Origin: Gracilinanus agilis
Lineage: Eukaryota
Assembly: GCF_016433145.1 (NCBI RefSeq)
Contig: NC_058132.1
Span: forward strand, 86,797,272 to 86,861,271
Direction of reading: 5' to 3'
DNA length: 64,000 nucleotides
The stretch's first letter is position 1. Every line of letters starts with the position of its first letter. Below the pieces are notes generated by a model that saw nothing but the letters and a program-made list of their open reading frames with translations, did not search any database and was not told where the DNA came from. Both the position numbers and the translations under genes were made by a program. This document shows, piece after piece, positions 49,864 through 61,760 of this stretch.

Positions 49864-50048
49864 TTTTTTTTAAACCCTTGTACTTCAGTGTATTGTCTCA
49901 TAGGTGGAAGATTGGTAAGGGTGGGCAATGGGGGTCAAGTGACTTGCCCAGGGTCACACAGCTGGGAAGTGGCTGAGGCCGGGTTTGAATCTAGGACCTC
50001 CTGTCTCTAGGCCTGACTCTCACTCCACTGAGCTACCCAGCTGCCCCC
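49864..50048 (-). mobile_element. Young SINE1_Mdo-like SINE
   Basis: aaacccttgtacttcagtgtattgtctcataggtggaag...tgagctacccagctgccccc. Confidence 0.9.
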
Positions 50049-50299
50049 TTTTTTTTGGAGAAAGTATTCATAGTATATAGCTTTGAAGCTTCTGTGCACT
50101 CCATAAGTTTTGTTTAGAATAATGTGTAATCATTTTGAAAACAATTTTTGTTGATATGAATATTTGCATTATCAATGTCTTCCTTTCTCCTCATTCTCCA
50201 GAGCAGTATCCCTGGTAAAGAAGAATAAAAACCTAACAAATCTATTGAAGAAGTAAAACAAAGAAATATTCCACCCTGATGCTCCCTGATCTCTTCAAA

Positions 50300-51995
50300 T
50301 AGTAGATGCCCTCTAAATCTCTTCTTTGGGGTCAAGTCTGGTCATTATAATTTTGCAGCATTCAATTTTCATTATTTTGTTGTCATTTTTATTTCAATGG
50401 TTAAAATGAATAAGTATATTATTTTTAACTAGTTTCTGTAATTTCATTGTCTATCAGTTCATATATTTCTTCTCATGCTCCTTCATATTAATCAAATTTC
50501 TCAGTTTTTGCTGCATGTTTTTATACCATTATATTCACATACCCTTATGTATTTAGTCACTTCCCAGTTGATAGGTATCTACTTTGTCTCTAGTTCCTTA
50601 CTAGTAAAAAAAAATACCTCTATACATATTTTGGAGTACATAAGGCCTTTTTTTCTATCTTCAACCTCCTTAGGGTATGTCGTTAGCAGTGAAAATCTCA
50701 GAATCAAAGAGTATGAACATTTTTCTTTTTTCTCTTGGCTTAATACTGATGTTTCCTATAAGCGTTGGATAAATGTATATCTCTTATAACAGTAGATTAA
50801 TATGTCCATGTTTCCATAACCCTTCAATATTCATTACTCCTCTCTTTTGTCCTTGCCAATTTATTATATATGAAATGGAATTTCAATGTTATTTTCATTT
50901 GTATTTCTCTTATTAGTAGTGATTTGAAGCATTTCTTTCATGTGCTTGTAAATAGAAATTCTTCTTTTAAGAAGTTCTCGTTTATATTCTTTGACCACTT
51001 CTTTATTGGTGTATGGCTTTTGGTTTTATATTTCTTTGGAGAGATTGCCACAATGGTCAAGTTTTTCTCTTATGTGAAGTATTTCTGCTGTGAATTTCAT
51101 AAAATCTGCCATTTGTCCCCAAAGAAGTTTTTTCAAGATCCTGTCTTTCATGAAATATTTAGGAACAGTCTCCAATGGTCCATGATGGGTCTTTGGGAAT
51201 CCACTGGAGTCTTCTTGTATCAGATGCTGGTAAAATTTCCTTTGTTTTGCAATATGTATTTAGAGATACTTGTCACCTTTTAAATTTCTTGTTGTCATCT
51301 CTTCTAATTTTTATCTTCCATATTGATCTATTGGCTTGTTCTCTAGTTATGTTCTCCCTCTTGAGAAATATGTTATTTATTCCTGCCTTTGCTTCTCCAC
51401 CCCTCCTCCTCTGCCTATGCCTCTGTCTTTGTGTTTTGGTCTCTGTTTCTATCTTACCTTCTCTCAAACTGTTTCACTACTCCTATCCTTTTGTAAAAAA
51501 TTACATTTTTTTTCAGTTAGCAAAAGTCTTTCTTTCCTGCTCACCTCCATATTGAAAAAGAAAGAAAATGAGACTCCTGTTATGAACCATGTATAATCAA
51601 GCAAAACAAATTTCTGCATTGGCCCCCTCCAAAAACACCCAAAAAACTGACTCTACCCTCTGAATTCTTGACCTTTCTATCAGAAGATGAGGAGCATATT
51701 TCATTAGCCCTCTAGAATCATGTGTCACTAAGGTAGTCAGAGTCTTGAGTATTTCAAAATTGTTTGTCTTTATAATATTGTTATTATTGTATAAATTGTT
51801 CTCTTGGTTCTGCTCACTTCACTCTGCATCAGTTCACATAAAACCATCACCTCTATCATTTCTTATAGCAGAATAGTATTCTATTACATTTATAAACCAT
51901 AACTTGTTTGGTCATTTCCCAATTGATGACCATTGCTTTAGTACCAATTTTTACCACCACAAAATAAAGCTTCAATAAATATTTTTGTACATACT
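50300..51995 (-). mobile_element. Cluster of old L1 3' fragments (not one element)
   Basis: ttcaatgttattttcatttgtatttctc..gatttgaagcat; ggttctgctcacttcactctgcatcagttca; cccaattgatga. Confidence 0.6.
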
Positions 51996-52589
51996 TAGTT
52001 TCCTCTGCTTAGGCCCAATCTCTCCTAAATCTACTCTCTCCCTTTCTCCATTATTTCCCTCTCTCCCTTCTTTCCTTTCTCTGTTGTTTAGTGAAATATA
52101 TTCCTGTACTCACCTCTGTGTATTTATGTGTAAGTGTTCATATATGTATTCTTCCAAGTGATTGTTATAAAATTCTTTTTTCCAAACAATTTTCAAACAA
52201 TTCCTTAAAGGCCCCCATACATCTTTTAAAATCACATGTGAGAAAATATTTGTAGTAAATATATCACATAAACAGTTGGCATATGATATCTATAAGGAAT
52301 TGAAATACCTAGACTAATAATACAGACTAAATAAAAGAATAATGGTCAAAAAACATAAATAGAAAATTTGCAGTGGAGAAAATATAAATGGCTAACGACA
52401 ACTTTTTAAAAATGTTTCTGTAAAATGAAGGGAATGGACAAATTGGCCTCTAAAGAACTTGAAGCTCTAAATCCATCTGACCCCCCTAGAAGGCTACATT
52501 CAAATTTCTTAATGATGAAAAAAGTGGAAATCGGGACAGCATTCAGATGCTGTTTATACCCTCTAGAATATTTTTTTTAAAACTGTCAG

Positions 52590-52768
52590 GGGACAGCTGG
52601 GTAGCTCAGTGGAGTGAGAGTCGGGTCTAGAGACAGGAGGTCCTGGGTTCAAACCCGGCCTCAGCCTCTTCCCAGCTGTGTGACCCTGGGCAAGTCACTT
52701 GACCCCCATTGCCCACCCTTACCAATCTTCCACCTATGAGACAATACACCGAAGTACAAGGGTTAAAA
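52590..52768 (+). mobile_element. Young SINE1_Mdo-like SINE nested in a plus-strand L1 remnant (~52320-53080)
   Basis: Intact A/B boxes with retained CpGs; TSD aaaactgtcaggg on both sides. Confidence 0.9.
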
Positions 52769-53258
52769 AAAACTGTCAGGGCTGTGGGTAAACAAGCTCT
52801 CTAATGTATTGTTGGTGGAATTGTAGATGTACTTTAATATTATAGACAATAACCTAGCAATACACAATAAGGATTAAAAAAAAGGCTATACATTTCAATG
52901 CAAGAAGTCCACTAATAGGACTATATTAAAAAAAAAAAGGAAAAAGAACTCACATGTCAAAAAAAGCATTCAAATCTACTCTTATGATGAGAACAAAAAA
53001 CAGGAAAATTTTTATTTAACCAGTGATAAATTGATGATAGGAATAAGAGATATGAAATATACAAAGAAATAAAGTCTTACAGAGGTGATGCAGGGGGAAA
53101 TAAAAAAAACCTTTTACCTTCTGTCTTAAAATCAATACTGTTCTAATCTAGATCCCAGGGACAATAAAGTCACATTTCACTGAAGTAAAAGGGAAAAAAA
53201 TGCTAATAGGAATGAATTACCCTTTGAGTCCCTGAAGGACTGTAGGCTTTGTATAGAC

Positions 53259-53449
53259 CAGTGGTTCCAAAATGTTTTTGGCCTACCACCCCCTTTCCAG
53301 AAAAAATATTATTTAGCATCTCCTGTCACATACTATCACCGCCCCCTTACAGTTATTCACCGCCCCCAAATGCACCTGTGGCCATCACTGCTTCCCTGGA
53401 TCACTGTAGCACCGCCAGGGGGCAGTGGCGTCCACTTTGGGAATCACTG
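53259..53449. mobile_element. hAT (Charlie-like) MITE
   Basis: TIR CAGTGGTTCCAAAA / TTTGGGAATCACTG; perfect 8-bp TSD gtatagac at 53251-53258 and 53450-53457. Confidence 0.9.
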
Positions 53450-53671
53450 GTATAGACCATAGTGTTCAGTTGGACAGGTGTTATGGAAGGATATAAAGGA
53501 GTAAGGAGGAAAGGCTAAAAGAACTATGAAAAAGGTTATGGGAAAAATAAGGCCTCTCAATCATATTCTACTTTGGACAAGTTTGGGGATTTGGGTTCTT
53601 AGCTTTGAAGTTTTCCCTATTGTTGAGCCATCTAACTCCAAGAAAGCAGAAAGTCCCCCCTCAATCCTACT

Positions 53672-54619
53672 TCACAGACCCTTCCTCAGTAACTTCAGAA
53701 TGCCCTGCTTGATCTCTTGGGTCCGGACACCATAAACAATGGGATTGAGAGCTGCAGGGATGACATGGTGCAAGACATTGAGCAGGATGGGCACATCAGG
53801 AGACACCATCTTCTTAGCCACATGAGTGAGAACAAAGACCAGCAGGATGGTGCTGAAGAAGAGGATGAGGATGAAGTGGGAACCACATGTACTCAGGGCC
53901 TTGGCTGCAGCCCCCTTGGCCTTAAGCCTCAGCACAGCTCGAAGAATGAAGGAATAGGAGAGGAAGATGAGGACGAGGTCAGAACCCAGCACTGTCCATC
54001 CCCCAGCAAACTGAAGAAGGCGATTCACTGTTATATCATCAGAGGAAAGCTTTGATACAGATAAGTTGGCACAGATACAGTTTTCAATGACATTGGAATG
54101 GCAGTAGTGCAGCCTAGCTGAGAGGATAGGGACCAGAATAGTGAGAAGAGCATTCCGGCCCACTATGAAAATGGCAGCTTTCACAACAAATTGGTCAGTA
54201 ATGATAGATGGGTAACGAAGGGGATGGCAAATGGCCACATAACGGTCATATGCCATGACCAGGAAAGTACATGACTCCATGGCCAGGAAGCAGTTCATGA
54301 CATACATCTGGAGGAAGCAAGCAGCAAAGCTAACAGATCTGAGGTCAAACCAGAAGATGAGCAGGACCTTAGGGATGACTGTGAGGCAGAGCACAATGTC
54401 CAGCAGGGAGAGCAGGCTGAGCAAATAGTACATGGGCTCATGCAGAGATGCCTCCAGACGGATGGTGGTTAGAAGTATGGCATTTGCCCCCATGGCAAGG
54501 AGGAAGAGCAGACTTAGGGGTAGGGATAGCCAGCGTTGCCAGTTTGGAGATCTGACAAAGCAATTCAAGAAGAATTCAGACACCTCTGTCAAAGAAGAGC
54601 AATTGCTGGTCAGCGCCAT
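53672..54619 (-). CDS. OR56A3-like: Class I olfactory receptor, OR56A3-like, copy 2, open, 315 aa, with a Cys-to-Ser change in extracellular loop 2 (ECL2)
   Basis: Same OR56A motifs as copy 1; KLSSDD instead of KLSCND. Confidence 0.93.
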   Translation of the reverse strand: MALTSNCSSLTEVSEFFLNCFVRSPNWQRWLSLPLSLLFLLAMGANAILLTTIRLEASLHEPMYYLLSLLSLLDIVLCLTVIPKVLLIFWFDLRSVSFAACFLQMYVMNCFLAMESCTFLVMAYDRYVAICHPLRYPSIITDQFVVKAAIFIVGRNALLTILVPILSARLHYCHSNVIENCICANLSVSKLSSDDITVNRLLQFAGGWTVLGSDLVLIFLSYSFILRAVLRLKAKGAAAKALSTCGSHFILILFFSTILLVFVLTHVAKKMVSPDVPILLNVLHHVIPAALNPIVYGVRTQEIKQGILKLLRKGL

Positions 54620-54883
54620 GATATATGTTCTGAGATTGTAAATTCCCCCTGGATCTTAGCATTTGAGACTGGAATGGAAAAACACATACATTTTAGTGTT
54701 ACAGGAAACCCTTTCCTCTCTCCTCTTCTACTCCTTTCATTTCTTCATTCATTCTGTCCTTTACTTTATTCTTAGAGGATGATGATTTTCCTGAGAGTCA
54801 AAGCTAACTCTTCCATCTCTGCTCTTAAGGCATTTGATCCCATCTTTTGAATGACTTTGCTCAATCATTCTCTCTATTTCTTT

Positions 54884-54920
54884 GTCTGTCTCTCTGACTC
54901 TGTCTCTGTCTCTGTCTCTG

Positions 54921-54972
<52 letters not shown>

Positions 54973-54985
54973 ACTCACTCACACA
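54884..54985. repeat. Compound (TCTCTG)n-(TC)n-(TCAC)n microsatellite
   Basis: Direct reading. Confidence 0.9.
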
Positions 54986-55139
54986 GACACTGTTTTTATC
55001 TCTCTCCTTTATTTCCCATAAAAACAAATCAAAACAAAGCAAGCAATTGAAAAACATTTTCTTTCACTGTATTAAGCCCATGAATCTTTTAATTTCTTTC
55101 TTCCCTTCATTGCTTCTATTAGAATTTAAACAGTCAGGT

Positions 55140-55900
55140 TTCAGGAGAAAGAAGGTGGGTTCAATTAAGGACATGCTGAATTTGGGGAGCTAGTAGGACT
55201 CCACCTGGAACTATTAGAAAGTTGGAAATATTGAATGTAGACACTTGAGAGAGATTCAGGGTGAACATAGATTTGGGAACCATCTGCATAAAGGTGGTGG
55301 TTGATGCAAGTTAAGTGAAAGAGATCATTGGGAAAATATAGGGAACGATGAGAAAGGATCAAGACTGGGGCATACTCATATTTAAATGGTAAGAGGATAC
55401 TGTAGATGATAAGAGTAAAAAAAAGGAAAGATAGTCAACAATGGCAAATGTAAAGAATACTCATAGAAGAGTGGAGGAAAAAGGGACATGGGCTATAAAC
55501 ACTCATTTAACACATAGAAGATAAGTTTCAAAGGAATGGTGGGGACACACTAGATATTAAGGTACAAAGAATGAATGAAGTGAAGAGATAGAAGCAGCAA
55601 GTATAGAGTGCTCTTGTGAAAAAAAATTGACTCTAGGTGGGGAAGGAAAAGATAAAATAATACCTTGGAGGCATTGGGCAGTCAAAGAAGGGTTTGCTTT
55701 TGAGGGGAGGAGATTCTTTAGAATGTGGAAAGGCTGATCAAAAGGAAACAGTAAAGATGAACTGAAATTGTATGAGAGAGAGAGATGATGATGAATGGAG
55801 TAAAGGAAAAAGATAATGCATGACTGAAAAAGATTACATTAAATATAGAGGTGGATTAGTTAATCTTTGAGAAGAGAAGGTATACCTCCTACTCTGACCT
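55140..55900 (-). mobile_element. L2 fragments
   Basis: aaggacatgctgaatttgg...atagatttgggaaccatctgcataaaggtggtggttga. Confidence 0.6.
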
Positions 55901-57071
55901 TGAGGAAAAGGCAGAGAGGATCAATGAAAATACTCAGGGGTAAGTGAGAAGGGAAAAGATTGAGGCTACTTAGTATGAACTCCATCATCTGGATGGGGAG
56001 AGCTGAGACTGGGGATAAAAGGAACTAAAAGTTAGGAATGATTTTTTTTGAGATTTGGAATGACATTTTTTGGCATGTGATAGAGTAATAAAAGATAAAT
56101 TAAAAAGATCACTGTGTAATAATAGGAATGAGGTCCCAGTTGACGTAAGATGAATTGCAACAATTTGCCATATACTCAGTTTTTTTTAATAATTTGTCAT
56201 TTTATAAAATGATATCAGCTTGGGATATAAGAAAAAGGTAGTATATGGTAGCAATCACTCCAGAGCAAGAATTATCAGAGTAGTAATTCTGAAAAGAGGA
56301 GGAGACAAAGAATTAATTATTCAATTTTGTTGGGCCTTTTGTATTACAGTGCTAGGAACTTGAGCCTTCCCACAGGATTTTTCTCCTTCTGAATCTTGCC
56401 CAGAGGACCTTTTCCTTTGGTCCTAGAACTTTCATCTTTTTACTACTTTCTAGAATTGTCCATATCACTTAATCAAGACTAACCCTGGGGGAGGGGAATG
56501 GCAGTGAGTCCCAAGTAGAATTGAGAGACAGAAAACTGGGGAGAAAGTGGAAGGTTAAAAGCCCAGAATGTTGGAGCTAAAGGACCCTTAGATGTATATT
56601 TTAGTTCAACAGTTTTACTTTACAGATAAAGGCACTGAGGTCCAAGGTTGTTCAGAGACCTGCTCAAACAAGCAGATAATAGTGAGATGGAGAATATAAC
56701 CTAAGTTTCCAGGCTTTTAGTCTACTTCTATTTTCCCCATACCACCAAGATTAGTGAGGATAAATTATAGATGAAGGAGAAATATTGGAAATGAAAATAA
56801 AAGGAATAGGAATTTGCATTCAGAGAAGAAAATTTCCATCTTCATCCAAAGTGGTATTTTCCTAGGCTCTTTAAAGAAATATTGATAGATCTTGGGTCTG
56901 GCTTGCTGATTTCCCCTTTCTTTGCCCTGGCCAGTGGACCTTTGCATATAGTACTGGGGCTTTATTTTTTCCTACTTCTTAAACTTTTCCCATTCTTCAT
57001 ATGAAGCCAGGTAACCTCTTAGACCTTCCTGGATGCTCTGTGGGTATAGCTACTTGGGTTCAAAGGTTCAC

Positions 57072-57294
57072 NNNNNNNNNNNNNNNNNNNNNNNNNNNNN
57101 NNNNNNNNNNNNNNNNNNNNNNNNNNNNNNNNNNNNNNNNNNNNNNNNNNNNNNNNNNNNNNNNNNNNNNNNNNNNNNNNNNNNNNNNNNNNNNNNNNNN
57201 NNNNNNNNNNNNNNNNNNNNNNNNNNNNNNNNNNNNNNNNNNNNNNNNNNNNNNNNNNNNNNNNNNNNNNNNNNNNNNNNNNNNNNNNNNNNNN
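57072..57294. other. Assembly gap (223 N)
   Basis: Direct reading. Confidence 1.
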
Positions 57295-57906
57295 GCATCT
57301 CTCTTGATTTTGTATCTCCTCAGCCTTTCCTTCTTCCATTCCCCATGTCTCCACATTCTAAAATACAAAATTGTTTCAGAGAAGAAACAATAACAAAATA
57401 AAACAAATAGAAAGTGACACCAAAATATTCTAGGAAATACATATAAAATAAGTTTACATAGTCCCAAATTACTTGTCCCTCAACTCTTTAAGATATCATA
57501 TCTTGTAGCATACCTCTTTGCCTACCCTGTTCCAGTAGAGTCTTGGAATTCCTTCATTTGGAAACAACATAGTAAGCTTAGTCATTGTGCTTTCCACCTC
57601 ATATTTATAAAAACACTATCCCCTTTCCTTACATAGCCACTCCTGTCCCTCTAATTTAACCAGTCAATTATAAATTCTGTCTTTGTGTAAGACCCTAAAA
57701 ATGTTTTATCTCCCAAGACTGAATGAAGCTCTAGTTGCTTTCTCAACTCTGATTATTACTCTTTTGGGCTGGTTTTGGATATTACAGTGTGACAGGAAAT
57801 CAGTTCTTGAGGGGACTTCTATGTAGTCCAATCCCTAAAGTAAACTCATTTGAATTTGTGGGTAGAGTATATACTTGATATAGTGCTTGGTACATAGTAA
57901 GCTTTT

Positions 57907-58109
57907 GTTTTTTTTTAAACCCTTACCTTCCATCTTGGAGTCAATACTGAGTATTGGCTCCAAGGCAGAAAAGTGGTAAGGGTAGGCAATGGGGGTCAAG
58001 TGACTTGCCCAGGGTCACACAGCTGAGAAGTGTCTGAGGCCAGATCTGAACCTAGGACCTCCCGTCTCTAGGCCTGGCTCTCAATGCACTGAGCTACCCA
58101 GCTGCCCCC
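57907..58109 (-). mobile_element. SINE1_Mdo-like SINE nested in an L2 tail
   Basis: Full length; TSD catagtaagctttt at 57893-57906 and 58110-58123. Confidence 0.92.
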
Positions 58110-58324
58110 CATAGTAAGCTTTTAATAAATTCTTCTTGACTTGACTTCCCTTTGGAAAATAAGAGAATGATATATGTGCAAAAAAACCCCAAAATCATGA
58201 TGCACTAGGAGACAGAGAATTTTATGTCAAATCTTGACTCTGTCACTCTGTGACTTTGAGGAAGTAACTGCATTTTTCTGGGTCTCAGTTTTCTTATCTG
58301 AAAAAAAAATGGACTTCTTAGAGT

Positions 58325-58570
58325 AAGCTAAGTGTTGCAGTGGTTAGAGTGCCAGGGTTGGAATTAGAAAGACTCATCTTCATTAATTCAAATCCAACCT
58401 CCAATACTTACTAGCTATGTAAGCCTGGACAAGTCACTTAACCCCATTTGCCTCAGTTTCCTCATTTATAAAATGAGCTAGAGAAGGAAATGGCAAACCA
58501 CTCCAGCATCTTTGCTAAGAAAACCCCAAACAGAGTCACCAAGAGTCAGACACAATTGAAGAACAACAAG
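58325..58570 (+). mobile_element. MAR1-like CORE-SINE
   Basis: CORE plus RTE-derived tail gagaaggaaatggcaaaccactccagcatctttgc.aagaaaacccc. Confidence 0.85.
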
Positions 58571-60071
58571 GTTCCCTCAGGCTCAAAAATCCTTAAAATG
58601 TTTTCTATTACATCTAACAAGTGGCAGCTTATTCCCTGCTTGTCCAATGATTGGAAACATATTACTTCCTTCTAATTTTGAGGAAGCTTTTCTATTCATC
58701 CATTTGAAACGTGTTTCTCTATAAATTTTACTCGTGGTTCCTACTTTTTCCCTCTGTGGTGAAGCAAAACAAGTTTAGGTCCTTTTCTTGAGAACAATAC
58801 TTCAAATATTCCAAAAGAATTACCACATCCTTTCTAAGTCTCTATCTCATAAAATGCAGGCTTCTCAAGAGCAAGGACTTGATTTTGTCTTTGTATCCCT
58901 CCAGAGTTTAGTACAGTGTCTGTCACATGGTCCTTAATGAATTAATGTTGATTAAATCTTACCCCCCAAAAGGGAGAAGGACTCAATGTCTCAGGATACC
59001 TCCCAGGCCTCAAATTCTGTGTTGTTATGACCCAATTGATGATGAGTCAGACAAATTTCTGGCTCTGGAGGGGAAAAAAAAAAGAAACGAATATGGTACC
59101 TTCTGCAGTGTTCCGAAGTGTCTGTTATAAGAGAAAAGAAAAACTGAATTCAAGGGCTTTAACTAAGTCATTCACTGCCTCTAAAAATGAACCTAGCTCT
59201 GAGGAAGACAATATAAAGGTATTCAGGTAGCTGAATATTAAAACCACTCTAGTAGGGGAGTGCCACAAGGCAATTTAACACTCATCTAACTTTGAATGTA
59301 CTTGTGGTGAACTTGGCCCCGTAGACTTTTTGCCAGGAACTAACAGGGAAAACATGTACTAGTTTATTAAGCTCTAAACCAAACCAAATTCAAACTTATT
59401 TTTTAAAAATGAATTTTCTTTATTCATAGCCCTCTCCTGTTTTAGCAAAGACATCAATAAACCCACCTAGTGAAATACTTTGAAATGAAACTGGATCTTT
59501 GTGCTTAGAAAAGTATCAATTCTCACCCCAATATTCCTGAACAAGCCAGTAGTTTAGATTCTGGATTATCCTTATCTGGCATTCAGTTAATATACTTATA
59601 TGTGATTATGCCCTTCAGCCCTATTACTTAATCTTGGTGGAACCCCTAATGTGGAAATTCTCTTCACTGTTACAGATAGGCAAGTGACCTACAATATATA
59701 AACTTAGAATTCATTTACAAAATTAGAAATTCCCTCTACTTATATCAATAGGCAAATCATCTATAATTCGTAGGATTAGAGAGTTGCCTAGGCTGGAGAG
59801 GTTAAGTGACTTGTTCATGGTCACACATCTAATGTGACTAAGGGACAAGACTTGAATCCAGCTTTTCCTGATTTCAAGGATAGCCGTCCATCCACTATTA
59901 AAAGCTTCTTTTTACTTCCCTGTTAAAGGAATGAATTGTTCATAAGTAAATGAGAGCTTCCCATTTGACTCTAACAGGAGGGTTGTAGGTTTCGCCCAAG
60001 AACAAAAGCCAGAGGAAGTCCAAAAGCCAGGAGAATGAGAGAAAAAGAAAGGAAAAAAAAAACAATTGCAA

Positions 60072-60265
60072 GAGGGCAGCTAGGTGAACTGAGAGCCAGG
60101 CCCAGGGACAGCATGTCCTGGGTTCAAATCTGACCTCAGACACTCCCTAGATGTTTGACTCTGGGCAAGCCATTTAACCTCCATTGCCTCACCCTTACCA
60201 CTTTTCTGTCTTGGAACAAATAAACAGTATTGATTCTAAGATGGAAGGTAAGGGTTTAAAAAAAT
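60072..60265 (+). mobile_element. SINE1_Mdo-like SINE, diverged
   Basis: gggcagctaggtg..ggttcaaatctgacctcagacac...gtattgattctaagatggaaggtaagggtttaaaa. Confidence 0.85.
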
Positions 60266-61374
60266 CAATGACAAGACATTTAGAAGAATTGAAAAAGAGA
60301 TCTAGATATAGGTAATAGTGACAGGGCAATAAGAAAGTCTCAATATAACTGGAGTGTGAAAACAGATGAAATTAGAAAGACAATGAATATTTCTCAGGAT
60401 TCAGAGAGGAGAAGAGAACCAGCAATGAGCTGGGCATGGGGGAAGGGGACCTGTCAGTGAAACATACCTTCTGAGCTGTACTGTTTCTGTGACACTCCCT
60501 GAAGAGAGACAGAATAGAGCTGACCTGTATCTGTGACACCCCCTAAGTAGAGACAGTACTTTGCTTGAGTCCTCATGTCAGGAGGGAAGGACTGTTTCTC
60601 CAGCACAGACAGCCTGAAAATGTGTTGCTGATGCTGTTGACAAATATGTTGTTTGAACATAAGGCGGAAGCAAGTAGTTGAGATCCCAGTGCCATAATCA
60701 TAGGAAAGAAGAAGCCATGGGTAAATGAAAGAAGCCCTTTTGCCTCTACCAACATGTCTCTGTATTTCTTAGAGAATATAATCTGACCTGAATAGCAAAG
60801 CTAGTAGCTGAAAGGAGGATATAAAAGATGAAAGCTCTGGGTTATACCCATAATCTCTAGTATTCTCCAAGAACATAAAAATCCATTGTGTTCTCCTGCC
60901 TCTTTTTTCCCTCCTTCTCTTTCCTTTCCCAGCACTGGAATTAGAGTCAGAAGACCAAGGTTTAAGTCTGTGCCCTGCCACTTACTAGCTACCTAAACTT
61001 TGAGCAGATCATCTAACCTTTCTGAAATTCATCTTCCCCAGTAAAAGTGGGATTATAATACTCTCATGGCATAGTTTTTTTGCTTTTTATTTTACTTTTG
61101 TGAACAAGGCATTTTTGTAAACTCTACAGCACTATAGAAATGCAAGTTTCTATTATGACTATTATTTTATTTTCTTCTATTTCTATTCCACTTAATTCTG
61201 ATTTGAGAGTCAGAAGACACACAACCAATCCCCTATAGCTATATATTTTTTGGTTTTAAAACATGGGCAGTCTTGTTCTTCCAGGATTCTTCCAGCCTCA
61301 TTATGTTGCTAGACTTAGAATACCGAAGAAGAAAACTAGCCTCGTTAATCTCTACTCTCTATTGTAAAAACACA

Positions 61375-61760
61375 GTATTTTAGAGTTGGAAAAAACCCAA
61401 CAGCTGCTAAACCAACTTCCCTCTCCTCAATTATAGAAATCCCCTCTACAATATCCCAAACGAATATTTGGCTTTTGCTTGAATACTTTCAGTAGTAGGA
61501 TACTCATTACCTTATGAGGAAGCCCATTTCATTGTTGAATAACGATGGTAGAAATTTTCTACTTTTTTTAAGCCAGAATTTGTCTACACAAAATTTCTGC
61601 TATTTTGTCTTATCCTACCATTTGGAACTCTATAAAATGAGTATAATCCTTCTATGTGATAGTCCTTCAAATATTTTAAAGTTGTTTTTTCTTCTCTTCA
61701 TAGATCTCTTCTTTACTAGAGTACAACATCTCTAGTTTCTCCAATGTCCCATCTAAACAC
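61375..61760 (-). mobile_element. L3/CR1 fragment
   Basis: ttagagttggaa...gcttgaatactttcagt..ctcattacc...gtccttcaaatattt. Confidence 0.6.

Noticed and set aside
54761-55193. RE/RD-rich and SL-rich ORFs; also the CV- and HT-repeat ORFs at 44032 and 30226
   Set aside because: Translations of microsatellites
57001-57467. ORFs spanning the N run
   Set aside because: Artefacts of translating the assembly gap
4385-60265. tRNA genes
   Set aside because: All A/B-box matches are heads of tRNA-derived SINEs; no cloverleaf was seen
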